Shown here: piece after piece, positions 14,228-22,098 of the stretch | How the letters are laid out: the number at the start of each line of letters is the position of its first letter | Position numbering within the stretch: position 1 is the stretch's first letter | Program-made: the position numbers and the translations under genes | Notes under the pieces: generated by a model | What the model was told of the DNA's origin: nothing | What the model saw: only the letters and a program-made list of their open reading frames with translations | The model's database searches: none | Assembly (NCBI GenBank): GCA_017417385.1 | Contig: JAFPZF010000029.1 | Span: 43,953-75,952, forward strand | Direction: 5' to 3' | Source: Bacteroidales bacterium | GTDB taxonomy: Bacteria > Bacteroidota > Bacteroidia > Bacteroidales > Marinilabiliaceae | Length of the DNA stretch: 32,000 nucleotides

Positions 14228-16987
14228 ATGGCGAAGGACTATAGCGAAGACCTGCTGATACAGAAATCGACAGCCGAACTCTTGGAAAAAGAGCTTGGCT
14301 GGAAGTCTGTGTATGCTTTCGACAATGAGGTACTGGGAGAACAAGGTACGCTTGGACGCAAGACACAGAGCGAGGTCGTATTAACGCGTCATCTTCGCAT
14401 AGTCCTAAAACGTCTGAATCCATGGATGACAGACAAGCAAATGACAGAAGCCATCGAGCGCATGACAGGCTATATGAGCTCGCAGACGTTGATGCAGATC
14501 AACGAGGAGAAGTATGGTTACATTCGTGATGGCGTGCCTGTCACTCGTCTGAAACCTAATGGCGAGACGGAGCAGGTACGCGCCAAGGTTGTGGACTTTG
14601 CCAATGTCGATAACAACGAGTTTATTGCAGTCAGAGAACTTTGGATAAAGGGGGCAATCCACAAGCGAAGGGCAGATGTGGTTGGTTTTGTGAATGGACT
14701 TCCGCTCATCTTCATCGAACTGAAGAATCACGACCAGGACATACGGAATGCCTATACCGACAATTATCGCGACTATCTTGATACCATACCTCATTTGTTC
14801 CACCACAATGCCATGATCATGTTGAGCAATGGCATGGAGAGCCGTGTGGGTACTGTGGGCTCTAAGTGGGAGTTCTTCCACGAATGGAAACGACTGACGG
14901 AGCAAGAGGCAGGCAATATCGAACTGCCAACGATGTTGCGAGGCATCTGCAAGAAAAAGAACTTTTTGGATTTGCTCGAAAACTTCATTCTCTACGACCA
15001 TAGTGGAGGACATACGGCAAAGATATTAGCTCGCAATCATCAGTATCTGGGGGTGAATCAAGCTATAGAGATGTACCGAAATCGTCAGTATCTAAACGGT
15101 AAGTTGGGCGTGTTCTGGCATACGCAGGGGAGCGGCAAAAGCTACTCCATGCTGTTTCTCTCACAGAAGATTCGCCGTAAGTTTGAGGGTTCGCCCACAT
15201 TCCTTGTGCTGACCGATCGCGATGAACTGAACAAGCAAATAAGCGACACGTTTGAGAACTGCGGACTGTTGGGCAATGTAAAGGCAAAGAAGTTCATCGC
15301 CAGTAGTGGCGAGGACTTGAAATCTAAGTTGAAAGGCAATCCGTCATTCATCTTCTCGCTCATTCAGAAATTCAACGATCCGAAGGCTGAACCTATTTAT
15401 CCGGATCATGACATCATCGTGATGAGCGACGAGGCTCACCGCACTCAAAACGGCATATTTGCTGATAACCTAATGCACTTGCTGCCGACGGCCCATCGCA
15501 TTGGTTTTACAGGTACACCATTGCTTTCTAACGATAACATCACAGCCCGCACATTCGGTGGCTACGTGAGTATCTACGACTTCAAACGGGCTGTGGAAGA
15601 TAAGGCAACGGTGCCCCTTTACTATGAGAATCGGGGTGAGAAACTGCAAGACCTGAAGAATCCAGAAATTAACGATGAGATTGCAGCAGCGCTGGAACAA
15701 GCAGGCGAACTAGATGCCTCGCAACTAGCAAAACTGGAACGGGAGTTTGCCAAGGAGGTGCATCTGCTGACGGCCGAGAAAAGATTGCGAGTAGTGGCAC
15801 AGGACTTCGTGCGTCACTATAGCGATTTGTGGACTGCGGGCAAGGCGATGTTCGTGTGTTATAACAAGGTGACATGCGTCCGTATGTTCAACTATGTGCA
15901 GGAGTACTGGCAGAAGGAGATCAAGGCGTTGGAAGAATCCATTGCCAAGAGCACTTCGCAACAGGAGGCGCAGGAGAAGCGGCGTAAGCTGGAATGGATG
16001 CGTGAGACTGACATGGCGGTAGTCGTTTCGCAAGAGCAGAATGAGATACAGACGTTTCAGAAGTGGGGACTCGACATCAGGCCACATCGTGAGCGGATGG
16101 AGAATGAGGAACTGGACAAGGCTTTCAAGGCTGACGACTCACGATTGCGAGTGGTGTTTGTCTGTGCCATGTGGCTGACTGGTTTCGATGTAAAGACACT
16201 CTCCTGCCTCTACATCGACAAGCCCATGAAGGCGCACACGCTGATGCAGACCATTGCCCGTGCTAACCGAGTGTCGGAAGGAAAGACAAACGGCTTGATT
16301 ATCGACTACATAGGCATCGTGAAAGCCCTTCGCCAGGCGTTGGCCGACTATACAGCTAACTCGGAAGATGGCATAGCAGGCAATGATCCGACCATTGATA
16401 AGAAGGAACTCATCAACCATGTGCTGGAGGCGATAGCTGGTACAACAGTTTTCCTGAAAGACCACAGTATAGAACTTAATGACCTGATTAAAGCAGAGAG
16501 CTTCGGGAAACTGTCGCTGCTGAAGGCGGCGGCGAATGCGATGTGCGAGACGGCAGAAGTCAGGAAATCATACTGCACGTTTGCCACTACACTGTTGAAG
16601 CTATGGAAATACCTCGACCGTGAGGATATAAAACCCGAGATGAAACAGCAGAAGGATGCCATTGAAGCCATATACAAGGAGTTGCAGCAGAAGCGCAGAC
16701 ATGCTGACATCTCAGATTTGAGTGTGGCGATCAATGACATTGTCAATGAGCATGTCGAGTTGGATCCCGAAGCAACTATGATGGTAGCAGAGTCACGACG
16801 TTTCGACATTAGTGGCATCGATTTCGATTTGCTCCGTCGTGAGTTCGCCAAGAGTAAAGAAAAGAATCTTGTCTTGAAAGACATACAGGAACTGCTTCAA
16901 GAGCGTATAGCCCAGATGTTGGCGCAGAATCCATCGCGTATCAACTTTTACGAGAAGTACCGGGAAATCATTCACGATTACAATTAG
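14228..16987 (+). CDS. hsdR: Type I restriction enzyme R subunit, truncated by an in-frame TAG at 16985-16987
   Basis: 919 aa. N-terminal PD-(D/E)xK region ADVVGFVNGLPLIFIELKN. SF2 helicase motifs HTQGSGKSYSM, VMSDEAHRTQ (DEAH) and GFTGTP. It ends at ...FYEKYREIIHDYN*, and the same frame continues with HsdR C-terminal sequence. Confidence 0.9.
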   Translation: MAKDYSEDLLIQKSTAELLEKELGWKSVYAFDNEVLGEQGTLGRKTQSEVVLTRHLRIVLKRLNPWMTDKQMTEAIERMTGYMSSQTLMQINEEKYGYIRDGVPVTRLKPNGETEQVRAKVVDFANVDNNEFIAVRELWIKGAIHKRRADVVGFVNGLPLIFIELKNHDQDIRNAYTDNYRDYLDTIPHLFHHNAMIMLSNGMESRVGTVGSKWEFFHEWKRLTEQEAGNIELPTMLRGICKKKNFLDLLENFILYDHSGGHTAKILARNHQYLGVNQAIEMYRNRQYLNGKLGVFWHTQGSGKSYSMLFLSQKIRRKFEGSPTFLVLTDRDELNKQISDTFENCGLLGNVKAKKFIASSGEDLKSKLKGNPSFIFSLIQKFNDPKAEPIYPDHDIIVMSDEAHRTQNGIFADNLMHLLPTAHRIGFTGTPLLSNDNITARTFGGYVSIYDFKRAVEDKATVPLYYENRGEKLQDLKNPEINDEIAAALEQAGELDASQLAKLEREFAKEVHLLTAEKRLRVVAQDFVRHYSDLWTAGKAMFVCYNKVTCVRMFNYVQEYWQKEIKALEESIAKSTSQQEAQEKRRKLEWMRETDMAVVVSQEQNEIQTFQKWGLDIRPHRERMENEELDKAFKADDSRLRVVFVCAMWLTGFDVKTLSCLYIDKPMKAHTLMQTIARANRVSEGKTNGLIIDYIGIVKALRQALADYTANSEDGIAGNDPTIDKKELINHVLEAIAGTTVFLKDHSIELNDLIKAESFGKLSLLKAAANAMCETAEVRKSYCTFATTLLKLWKYLDREDIKPEMKQQKDAIEAIYKELQQKRRHADISDLSVAINDIVNEHVELDPEATMMVAESRRFDISGIDFDLLRREFAKSKEKNLVLKDIQELLQERIAQMLAQNPSRINFYEKYREIIHDYN

Positions 16988-17377
16988 GAACAGAATCGTG
17001 CCACAATTGAAAAGACCTTCGAGGATTTGATGCATCTGTCTCAATCTCTCAGCGAAGAAGAGAAACGTTATGTACGAGAAGGATTCAAGAGTGATGAAGA
17101 ACTCTCGCTCTATGACCTCCTATTGAAAGACAGTCTATCAAGGGCAGAAGTCAAGAAGCTGAAGGATGTAGCCATAGAGTTGCTTGCCAAAATTAAGGGA
17201 CAGTTGGCAGGTATGGATCATCCATTTGACAAGCCAACGACTCGTGCTACTCTTAGCAATACCATCCGTGATGTTTTGTGGCAGGAACTTCCAGCGAGTT
17301 ATAGTGAAGAAAGCATAAACTACTATCGCGACACCATCTACAATTATGTTAGTCAAAGATATGGTGGTGTTGCATAA
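16988..17377 (+). pseudogene. hsdR: Detached C-terminal (DUF3387-like) region of hsdR, in the same frame as 14228-16987 (ORF-track ORF 17027-17377)
   Basis: 14228 and 17027 are in the same frame. Read-through gives ...DYN*EQNRATIEKTFEDLMHLSQSLSEEEKRYVREGFKSDEELSLYDLL..., which is the usual HsdR C-terminal tail. Combined length would be about 1049 aa, normal for HsdR. Confidence 0.8.
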
Positions 17378-17429
17378 CTTTCTTCATAGTTCAGCATTGG
17401 AGTGAATCGTAGGTATATCCTATCGTAGT

Positions 17430-17459
17430 CCCCCTTAAGGGACACGGACTGTAAGGGGG
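17430..17459. other. Stem-loop overlapping the right island repeat
   Basis: 8-bp stem ccccctta (17430-17437) / taaggggg (17452-17459) with a 14-nt loop. There is no U-tract. A G7 run at 17455-17461 replaces gggagag of the left repeat copy. Confidence 0.5.
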
Positions 17460-17484
17460 GGTGTCTGACGAAAAGGCAGAGGGA
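17451..17484. repeat. Right copy of the 34-bp direct repeat flanking the R-M island
   Basis: gtaagggggggtgtctgacgaaaaggcagaggga is 32/34 identical to 7279-7312. Confidence 0.85.
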
Positions 17485-17603
17485 TGAGAGAAATATGACA
17501 TGAAAGAAGAGGAAGAAAAGGAGAGTAGAGTGACAAGATGGCAGACGTGAGGGGGTGGCACGGGATTTGACAAGAGGAGAGTCAAAGTAAAAAATATAAT
17601 ACT

Positions 17604-19661
17604 ATGGCATCAGGCAAGATAGGTGTATCCACCAAAGACCTTTTCCCGATTATCAAGAAGTTCTTGTACTCGGATCATGACATTTTCCTACGTGAGATAG
17701 TCTCGAACGCTGTCGACGCATGTCAGAAGCTGAAGGTAGTCTCGACGAGCAGCGACTTTAATGGCGAGCTGGGCGACCTGAAGGTAGAGGTCAAGCTAGA
17801 CCCGAAGGAGAAGACACTGACCGTCAGTGATAATGGTATCGGTATGACGGGCGACGAGGTCGAGAAGTATATCAACCAGATAGCATTCTCGGGTGCAGAG
17901 GAGTTCCTCGAGAAGCACAAGAATGACGGAGCGACGATAATCGGTCACTTCGGTATGGGTTTCTACTCGGCGTTCATGGTATCTGACAAGGTCGAGATAG
18001 TCACCAAGTCTTACAAGGAGGGAGCTCAGGCAGTGCACTGGAGCTGCACGGGCGACCCGGAGTACACACTCGAGGAAGCCAAGAAGGAGACGAGGGGCAC
18101 GGACATCATCATGCACATCAGCGAGGAGGAGAAGGAGTTCCTGGAGAAGAACAGGATCGAGACGCTGCTCCAGAAGTACTGCAAGTTCCTGCCTATACCT
18201 GTCATCTTCGGTAAGAAGACCGAGTGGAAGGACGGTAAGGAGCAGGACACTGACGAGGACAACCAGATCAACGACACGACGCCAGCATGGGTGAAGAAGC
18301 CTGCGGACCTGAAGGATGAGGACTACGAGGCGTTCTACAACAAGCTGTATCCGGGGGCTGACAAGCCACTCTTCAACATACACCTGAACGTCGACTATCC
18401 GTTCACCTTGACGGGTATACTCTATTTCCCGAAGATCAAGAACAACATCGACGTCAACAGGAACAAGATACAGCTCTACTGCAACCAGGTCTTCGTGACC
18501 GACTCGGTAGAGGGCATTGTGCCGGACTTCCTGACGCTCCTGCATGGCGTCATCGACTCGCCGGACATCCCGCTGAACGTCTCGAGGTCTTACCTCCAGA
18601 GTGACAGCAACGTCAAGAAGATATCGAGCCACATCACGAAGAAGGTAGCAGACAGGCTGGAGGAGATATTCAAGAACGAGAGGCCCACATTCGAGGAGAA
18701 GTGGGACGACCTGAAGATCTTCATCGAGTATGGTATCTTGACGGATGAGAAGTTTGCGGAGAGGAGTGATAAGTTCGCACTCTTGAAGAACGTCGACGGG
18801 AAGTACTTCACATTCGAGGAGTACAAGAAGCTGATAGAGAAGGAGCAGACGGACAAGGACGGCAACCTCATCTATCTATATGCTACGGACAAGGCGACGC
18901 AGTACACGTTCATCGAGGCTGCGAAGGCGAAGGGCTATGACGTCTTGATGATGGACGGACAGCTCGACACGCCATTCATGAACCAGAAGGAGCAGAAGTG
19001 GGAGAAGAGCAGGTTCACGAGGGTTGACGCCGACGTCATCGACAAGCTGATAGTCAAGGACAACGCGCCGGAGCTGACATTGACGACGAACGAGAAGAGC
19101 GACCTCGAGGAGGTATTCCGCAGCCAGACGCCGACGACGGACAGCAAGAAGACGTACACCGTCTCTGTCGAGGCGCTGGGCGAGGATGCGCTGCCAGTCA
19201 TCGTCACGCAGAACGAGTGGATGAGGCGAATGAAGGAGATGAGCAACCTGCAGGCAGGCATGTCGTTCTACGGCGAGATGCCGGACTCGTACAATATCGT
19301 CGTCAACGGCAACCATCCGCTGGTCAACAAGGTCCTCGGCGGTCTGCAGCCGGTCATCAAGGAAAAGATAGAACCGATACGCGAGGAGATCTCGAAGCTG
19401 GAGAGCAGGAGGGACGAGCTGAACAAGGAGAAGAGCGGGAAGAAGGATGAGGACGTGCCGCAGAGCGTCAAGGACGAGCTGGAGAGCGTCAACAGCAGCC
19501 TGAACGAGAAGAGGAGCGAGAGGACATCGGCCCTCACGGCGTTCGGCAAGGACAACGAGCTTGTCTCTCAGCTGATAGACCTGGCACTGCTCTCGAACAA
19601 CATGCTGACGGGTGCTGACCTGACGAAGTTCATCAAGAGGAGCATCTCGATGATGAAGTAG
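17604..19661 (+). CDS. htpG: Molecular chaperone HtpG (Hsp90 family)
   Basis: 685 aa. GHKL ATPase motifs LREIVSNAVDA, DNGIGM and GHFGMGFYSAFMV. Full-length Hsp90 architecture. Confidence 0.97.
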   Translation: MASGKIGVSTKDLFPIIKKFLYSDHDIFLREIVSNAVDACQKLKVVSTSSDFNGELGDLKVEVKLDPKEKTLTVSDNGIGMTGDEVEKYINQIAFSGAEEFLEKHKNDGATIIGHFGMGFYSAFMVSDKVEIVTKSYKEGAQAVHWSCTGDPEYTLEEAKKETRGTDIIMHISEEEKEFLEKNRIETLLQKYCKFLPIPVIFGKKTEWKDGKEQDTDEDNQINDTTPAWVKKPADLKDEDYEAFYNKLYPGADKPLFNIHLNVDYPFTLTGILYFPKIKNNIDVNRNKIQLYCNQVFVTDSVEGIVPDFLTLLHGVIDSPDIPLNVSRSYLQSDSNVKKISSHITKKVADRLEEIFKNERPTFEEKWDDLKIFIEYGILTDEKFAERSDKFALLKNVDGKYFTFEEYKKLIEKEQTDKDGNLIYLYATDKATQYTFIEAAKAKGYDVLMMDGQLDTPFMNQKEQKWEKSRFTRVDADVIDKLIVKDNAPELTLTTNEKSDLEEVFRSQTPTTDSKKTYTVSVEALGEDALPVIVTQNEWMRRMKEMSNLQAGMSFYGEMPDSYNIVVNGNHPLVNKVLGGLQPVIKEKIEPIREEISKLESRRDELNKEKSGKKDEDVPQSVKDELESVNSSLNEKRSERTSALTAFGKDNELVSQLIDLALLSNNMLTGADLTKFIKRSISMMK

Positions 19662-19692
19662 AGCGACAGCATTTTTAAGATTGACAGATAAG

Positions 19693-19736
19693 ATGCAGCC
19701 GTGGCGAGAGTCGCGGCTGCATTCTGCGTTTTTTGA
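19693..19736 (+). terminator. Rho-independent terminator of htpG
   Basis: Stem atgcagccg (19693-19701) / cggctgcat (19714-19722), followed by tctgcgtttttt. It lies 32 nt after the htpG stop. Confidence 0.75.
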
Positions 19737-19797
19737 AGGCGTGTTTGAATGGAGTTTGAAGGACGTTTGAAGGACGTTTGAAGGGCGTTTGAAGGGT
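19731..19797. repeat. Tandem repeat, 11-bp period, 5-6 units (CGTTTGAAGGR), immediately after the htpG terminator
   Basis: Units gtttgaatgga, gtttgaaggac, gtttgaaggac, gtttgaagggc and gtttgaagggt, plus a degenerate first unit ttttgaaggcgt. They are followed to about 19885 by scattered CGGAAGG motifs. Confidence 0.8.
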
Positions 19798-19962
19798 GGT
19801 AATGGTCGGAAGGATCGGTGGGGGCGGAAGGGTCGGATTGGTCAGTATTGTTGGAGTTGTCCGGAAGGGTCGGAAGGGGGAGAGATGTCGGTAAAGAGAA
19901 TGAAAAATGAGGTGGAGAGGAAAAAACGGGGAGGAAAGTGTATGAGAAAGGGTTGAGTTTTG

Positions 19963-19970
19963 TAAATTTG
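19963..19970 (+). promoter_or_regulatory. Candidate -7 promoter box (TAAATTTG) for metG
   Basis: Match to the Bacteroidetes TAnnTTTG consensus, 81 nt upstream of the ATG at 20051. Confidence 0.4.
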
Positions 19971-20050
19971 CGGTGTTAAATGGGGTGGAGTCGTCGCGGG
20001 GACGTGGCGGAGCCATCAGGACGAACAAGAAGAGTAACACAAAACACAAG

Positions 20051-22096
20051 ATGGGAGAAGAGAAGAGATATAAGCGGACGCTTGTGACGACGGCGCTGCC
20101 GTATGCCAACGGGCCAGTTCACATCGGTCATCTTGCCGGTGTATACATACCGGCGGACATATACGTCCGCTACCTGCGTCATAAGGGCGAGGATGTGCTG
20201 ATGATAGGCGGCTCGGACGAGCACGGAGTGCCTATCACGATAAGGGCGAGGAAGGAAGGCGTGACGCCGCAGGACATCGTCGACCGTTATCACAACATCA
20301 TCAAGAAGTCGTTTGAGGACTTCGGGATAACGATGGACATCTACAGCAGGACGACGAGCGAGACCCATCGTCAGGTAGCCTCGGACTTCTTCAAGACTCT
20401 CAACGAGAAGGGCGAGTTCATCCAGAAGACGACGGAGCAGTATTATGACGAGGAGGCCAAGCAGTTTCTAGCAGACAGATATATCACGGGCAAGTGTCCT
20501 CATTGTGGCAACGAGAGGGCATACGGAGACCAGTGCGAGGCGTGCGGCACGTCGTTGTCTGCGCTGGACCTGATAGACCCGAAGAGTGCAATCAGCGGAT
20601 CGAAGCCAGTATTGAAGGAGACTACACACTGGTATCTGCCACTGGACAAGCATGAGCCGTGGCTCAGGAAGTGGATACTCGAGGACCACAAGGAGTGGAG
20701 GAGCAACGTGTATGGTCAGTGCAAGAGCTGGCTTGACATGGGCCTCCAGCCGAGGGCCGTCAGCCGTGACCTGGACTGGGGAATCCCGGTACCGGCAAAG
20801 GGAGCCGAGGGCAAGGTCCTCTACGTCTGGTTTGACGCACCAATAGGTTACATCTCGAACACCAAGGAGCTACGTCCGGACGACTGGGAGAAGTGGTGGA
20901 AGGACCCGGAGACTCGACTGATACACTTCATCGGCAAGGACAACATAGTATTCCACTGCATAGTATTCCCGGCGATGCTGAAGGCACACGGCGGTTACAA
21001 CCTGCCGGACAACGTCCCGGCCAACGAGTTCATGAACCTCGAGGGTGACAAGATATCGACGTCGAGGAACTGGGCAGTATGGCTTCACGAGTATCTCGAG
21101 GACATGCCTGGCAAGCAGGACGTCTTGCGATATGTCTTGACTGCGAATGCGCCGGAGACTAAGGATAACGACTTCACGTGGAAGGACTATCAGGCGAGGA
21201 ACAACAATGAGCTCGTCGCGATACTCGGCAACTTCGTCAACAGGGTCATGGTCTTGACGCATAAGTACTTCGGCGGCAAGGTGCCGGAGGTCGCAGCGAT
21301 GGAGGCCATAGACAACGAGGCGATAGAGGAGCTCAGAGGATACAAGAGGGAGGTCGACAACCTGCTCGACAACTTCAGGTTCAGGGATGCGCAGAAGGAG
21401 GCCATGAACATGGCTAGAGTCGGCAACAAGTATCTGGCAGACACGGAGCCATGGAAGGTAGCTAAGACAGACATGGCGAGGGTCGGGACGATACTTAACG
21501 TCAGCCTACAGATCACGGCAAGCCTTGCGACAGTCTTTGAGCCGTTCCTCCCATTCACGTCGGCTAAGATACTGAAGCAGCTGCAGAAGGAGCAGATGGA
21601 GTGGGGTAGCATCGGAAGGCTTGACCTGATAGAGGCGGGTCATCAGCTGGGTGCGCCGGAGCTACTCTTCGAGAAGATCGAGGACAGCGTCGTCGATGCG
21701 CAGATAGCGAAGCTCGAGGCTACGAAGGCGGCGAACGAGAAGGCCAACTACACGCCGAAGCCTATAGGTGAGACGATAGACTTCGAGGCGTTCGAGAAGC
21801 TCGACATCAGGGTAGGTCTCGTCAAGGAGTGCACGAAAGTACCGAAGGCGGACAAGCTGTTGTGCTTCAAGATAGACGATGGGCTTGGCGGCAGGACGAT
21901 AGTATCTGGCATAGCGAAGCACTATGAGCCGGAGCAGCTTGTCGGCAAGAGAGTCTGCTTCATAGCAAATCTGGCGCCGAGGAAGCTGAAGGGCATTGAG
22001 AGCCAGGGAATGATACTGTCGGCCGAGGGTGCTGACGGTCATCTCAGCGTAGTCATGCCGGACAGCGACGTCGAGCCTGGAAGTCAGGTGAAATAA
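20051..22096 (+). CDS. metG: Methionine--tRNA ligase with C-terminal EMAP-II-like tRNA-binding domain
   Basis: Class I HIGH motif PVHIGHLAG. Zinc knuckle [23 protein letters not shown]-equivalent [10 protein letters not shown]-terminal [27 protein letters not shown]. The ATG at 20051 gives the usual N-terminus; the GTG at 19973 adds an implausible basic extension. Confidence 0.95.
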   Translation: MGEEKRYKRTLVTTALPYANGPVHIGHLAGVYIPADIYVRYLRHKGEDVLMIGGSDEHGVPITIRARKEGVTPQDIVDRYHNIIKKSFEDFGITMDIYSRTTSETHRQVASDFFKTLNEKGEFIQKTTEQYYDEEAKQFLADRYITGKCPHCGNERAYGDQCEACGTSLSALDLIDPKSAISGSKPVLKETTHWYLPLDKHEPWLRKWILEDHKEWRSNVYGQCKSWLDMGLQPRAVSRDLDWGIPVPAKGAEGKVLYVWFDAPIGYISNTKELRPDDWEKWWKDPETRLIHFIGKDNIVFHCIVFPAMLKAHGGYNLPDNVPANEFMNLEGDKISTSRNWAVWLHEYLEDMPGKQDVLRYVLTANAPETKDNDFTWKDYQARNNNELVAILGNFVNRVMVLTHKYFGGKVPEVAAMEAIDNEAIEELRGYKREVDNLLDNFRFRDAQKEAMNMARVGNKYLADTEPWKVAKTDMARVGTILNVSLQITASLATVFEPFLPFTSAKILKQLQKEQMEWGSIGRLDLIEAGHQLGAPELLFEKIEDSVVDAQIAKLEATKAANEKANYTPKPIGETIDFEAFEKLDIRVGLVKECTKVPKADKLLCFKIDDGLGGRTIVSGIAKHYEPEQLVGKRVCFIANLAPRKLKGIESQGMILSAEGADGHLSVVMPDSDVEPGSQVK

Positions 22097-22098
22097 TC

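Noticed and set aside
16985-16987. TAG in hsdR as a recoded (pyrrolysine or read-through) codon
   Set aside because: No pyl genes or recoding signals are visible and the lineage is not known to use pyrrolysine. A nonsense mutation or sequencing error is the simpler explanation.
6300-17500. Calling the island an integrative mobile element, ICE or prophage remnant
   Set aside because: No integrase, transposase, tRNA target, conjugation gene or phage gene is present. Only the direct repeats and the compositional shift support foreign origin, so I report it as an island, not a mobile element.
17796-19316. Antisense ORFs inside htpG (278 aa, 146 aa, 108 aa and others)
   Set aside because: Same codon-bias artefact. 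The sequences are repetitive and L/R/V-rich, and they lie entirely within a highly conserved chaperone gene.
19973-20050. GTG-initiated 26-aa N-terminal extension of metG
   Set aside because: The extension ([25 protein letters not shown]) is not MetRS-like and would overlap the candidate promoter box. The ATG at 20051 gives the canonical N-terminus.
19675-20109. 144-aa minus-strand ORF spanning the htpG-metG intergenic region
   Set aside because: It is simply the translation of the 11-bp tandem repeats and purine tracts (repeating LQTPFK and proline runs). It also overlaps the metG promoter and start.
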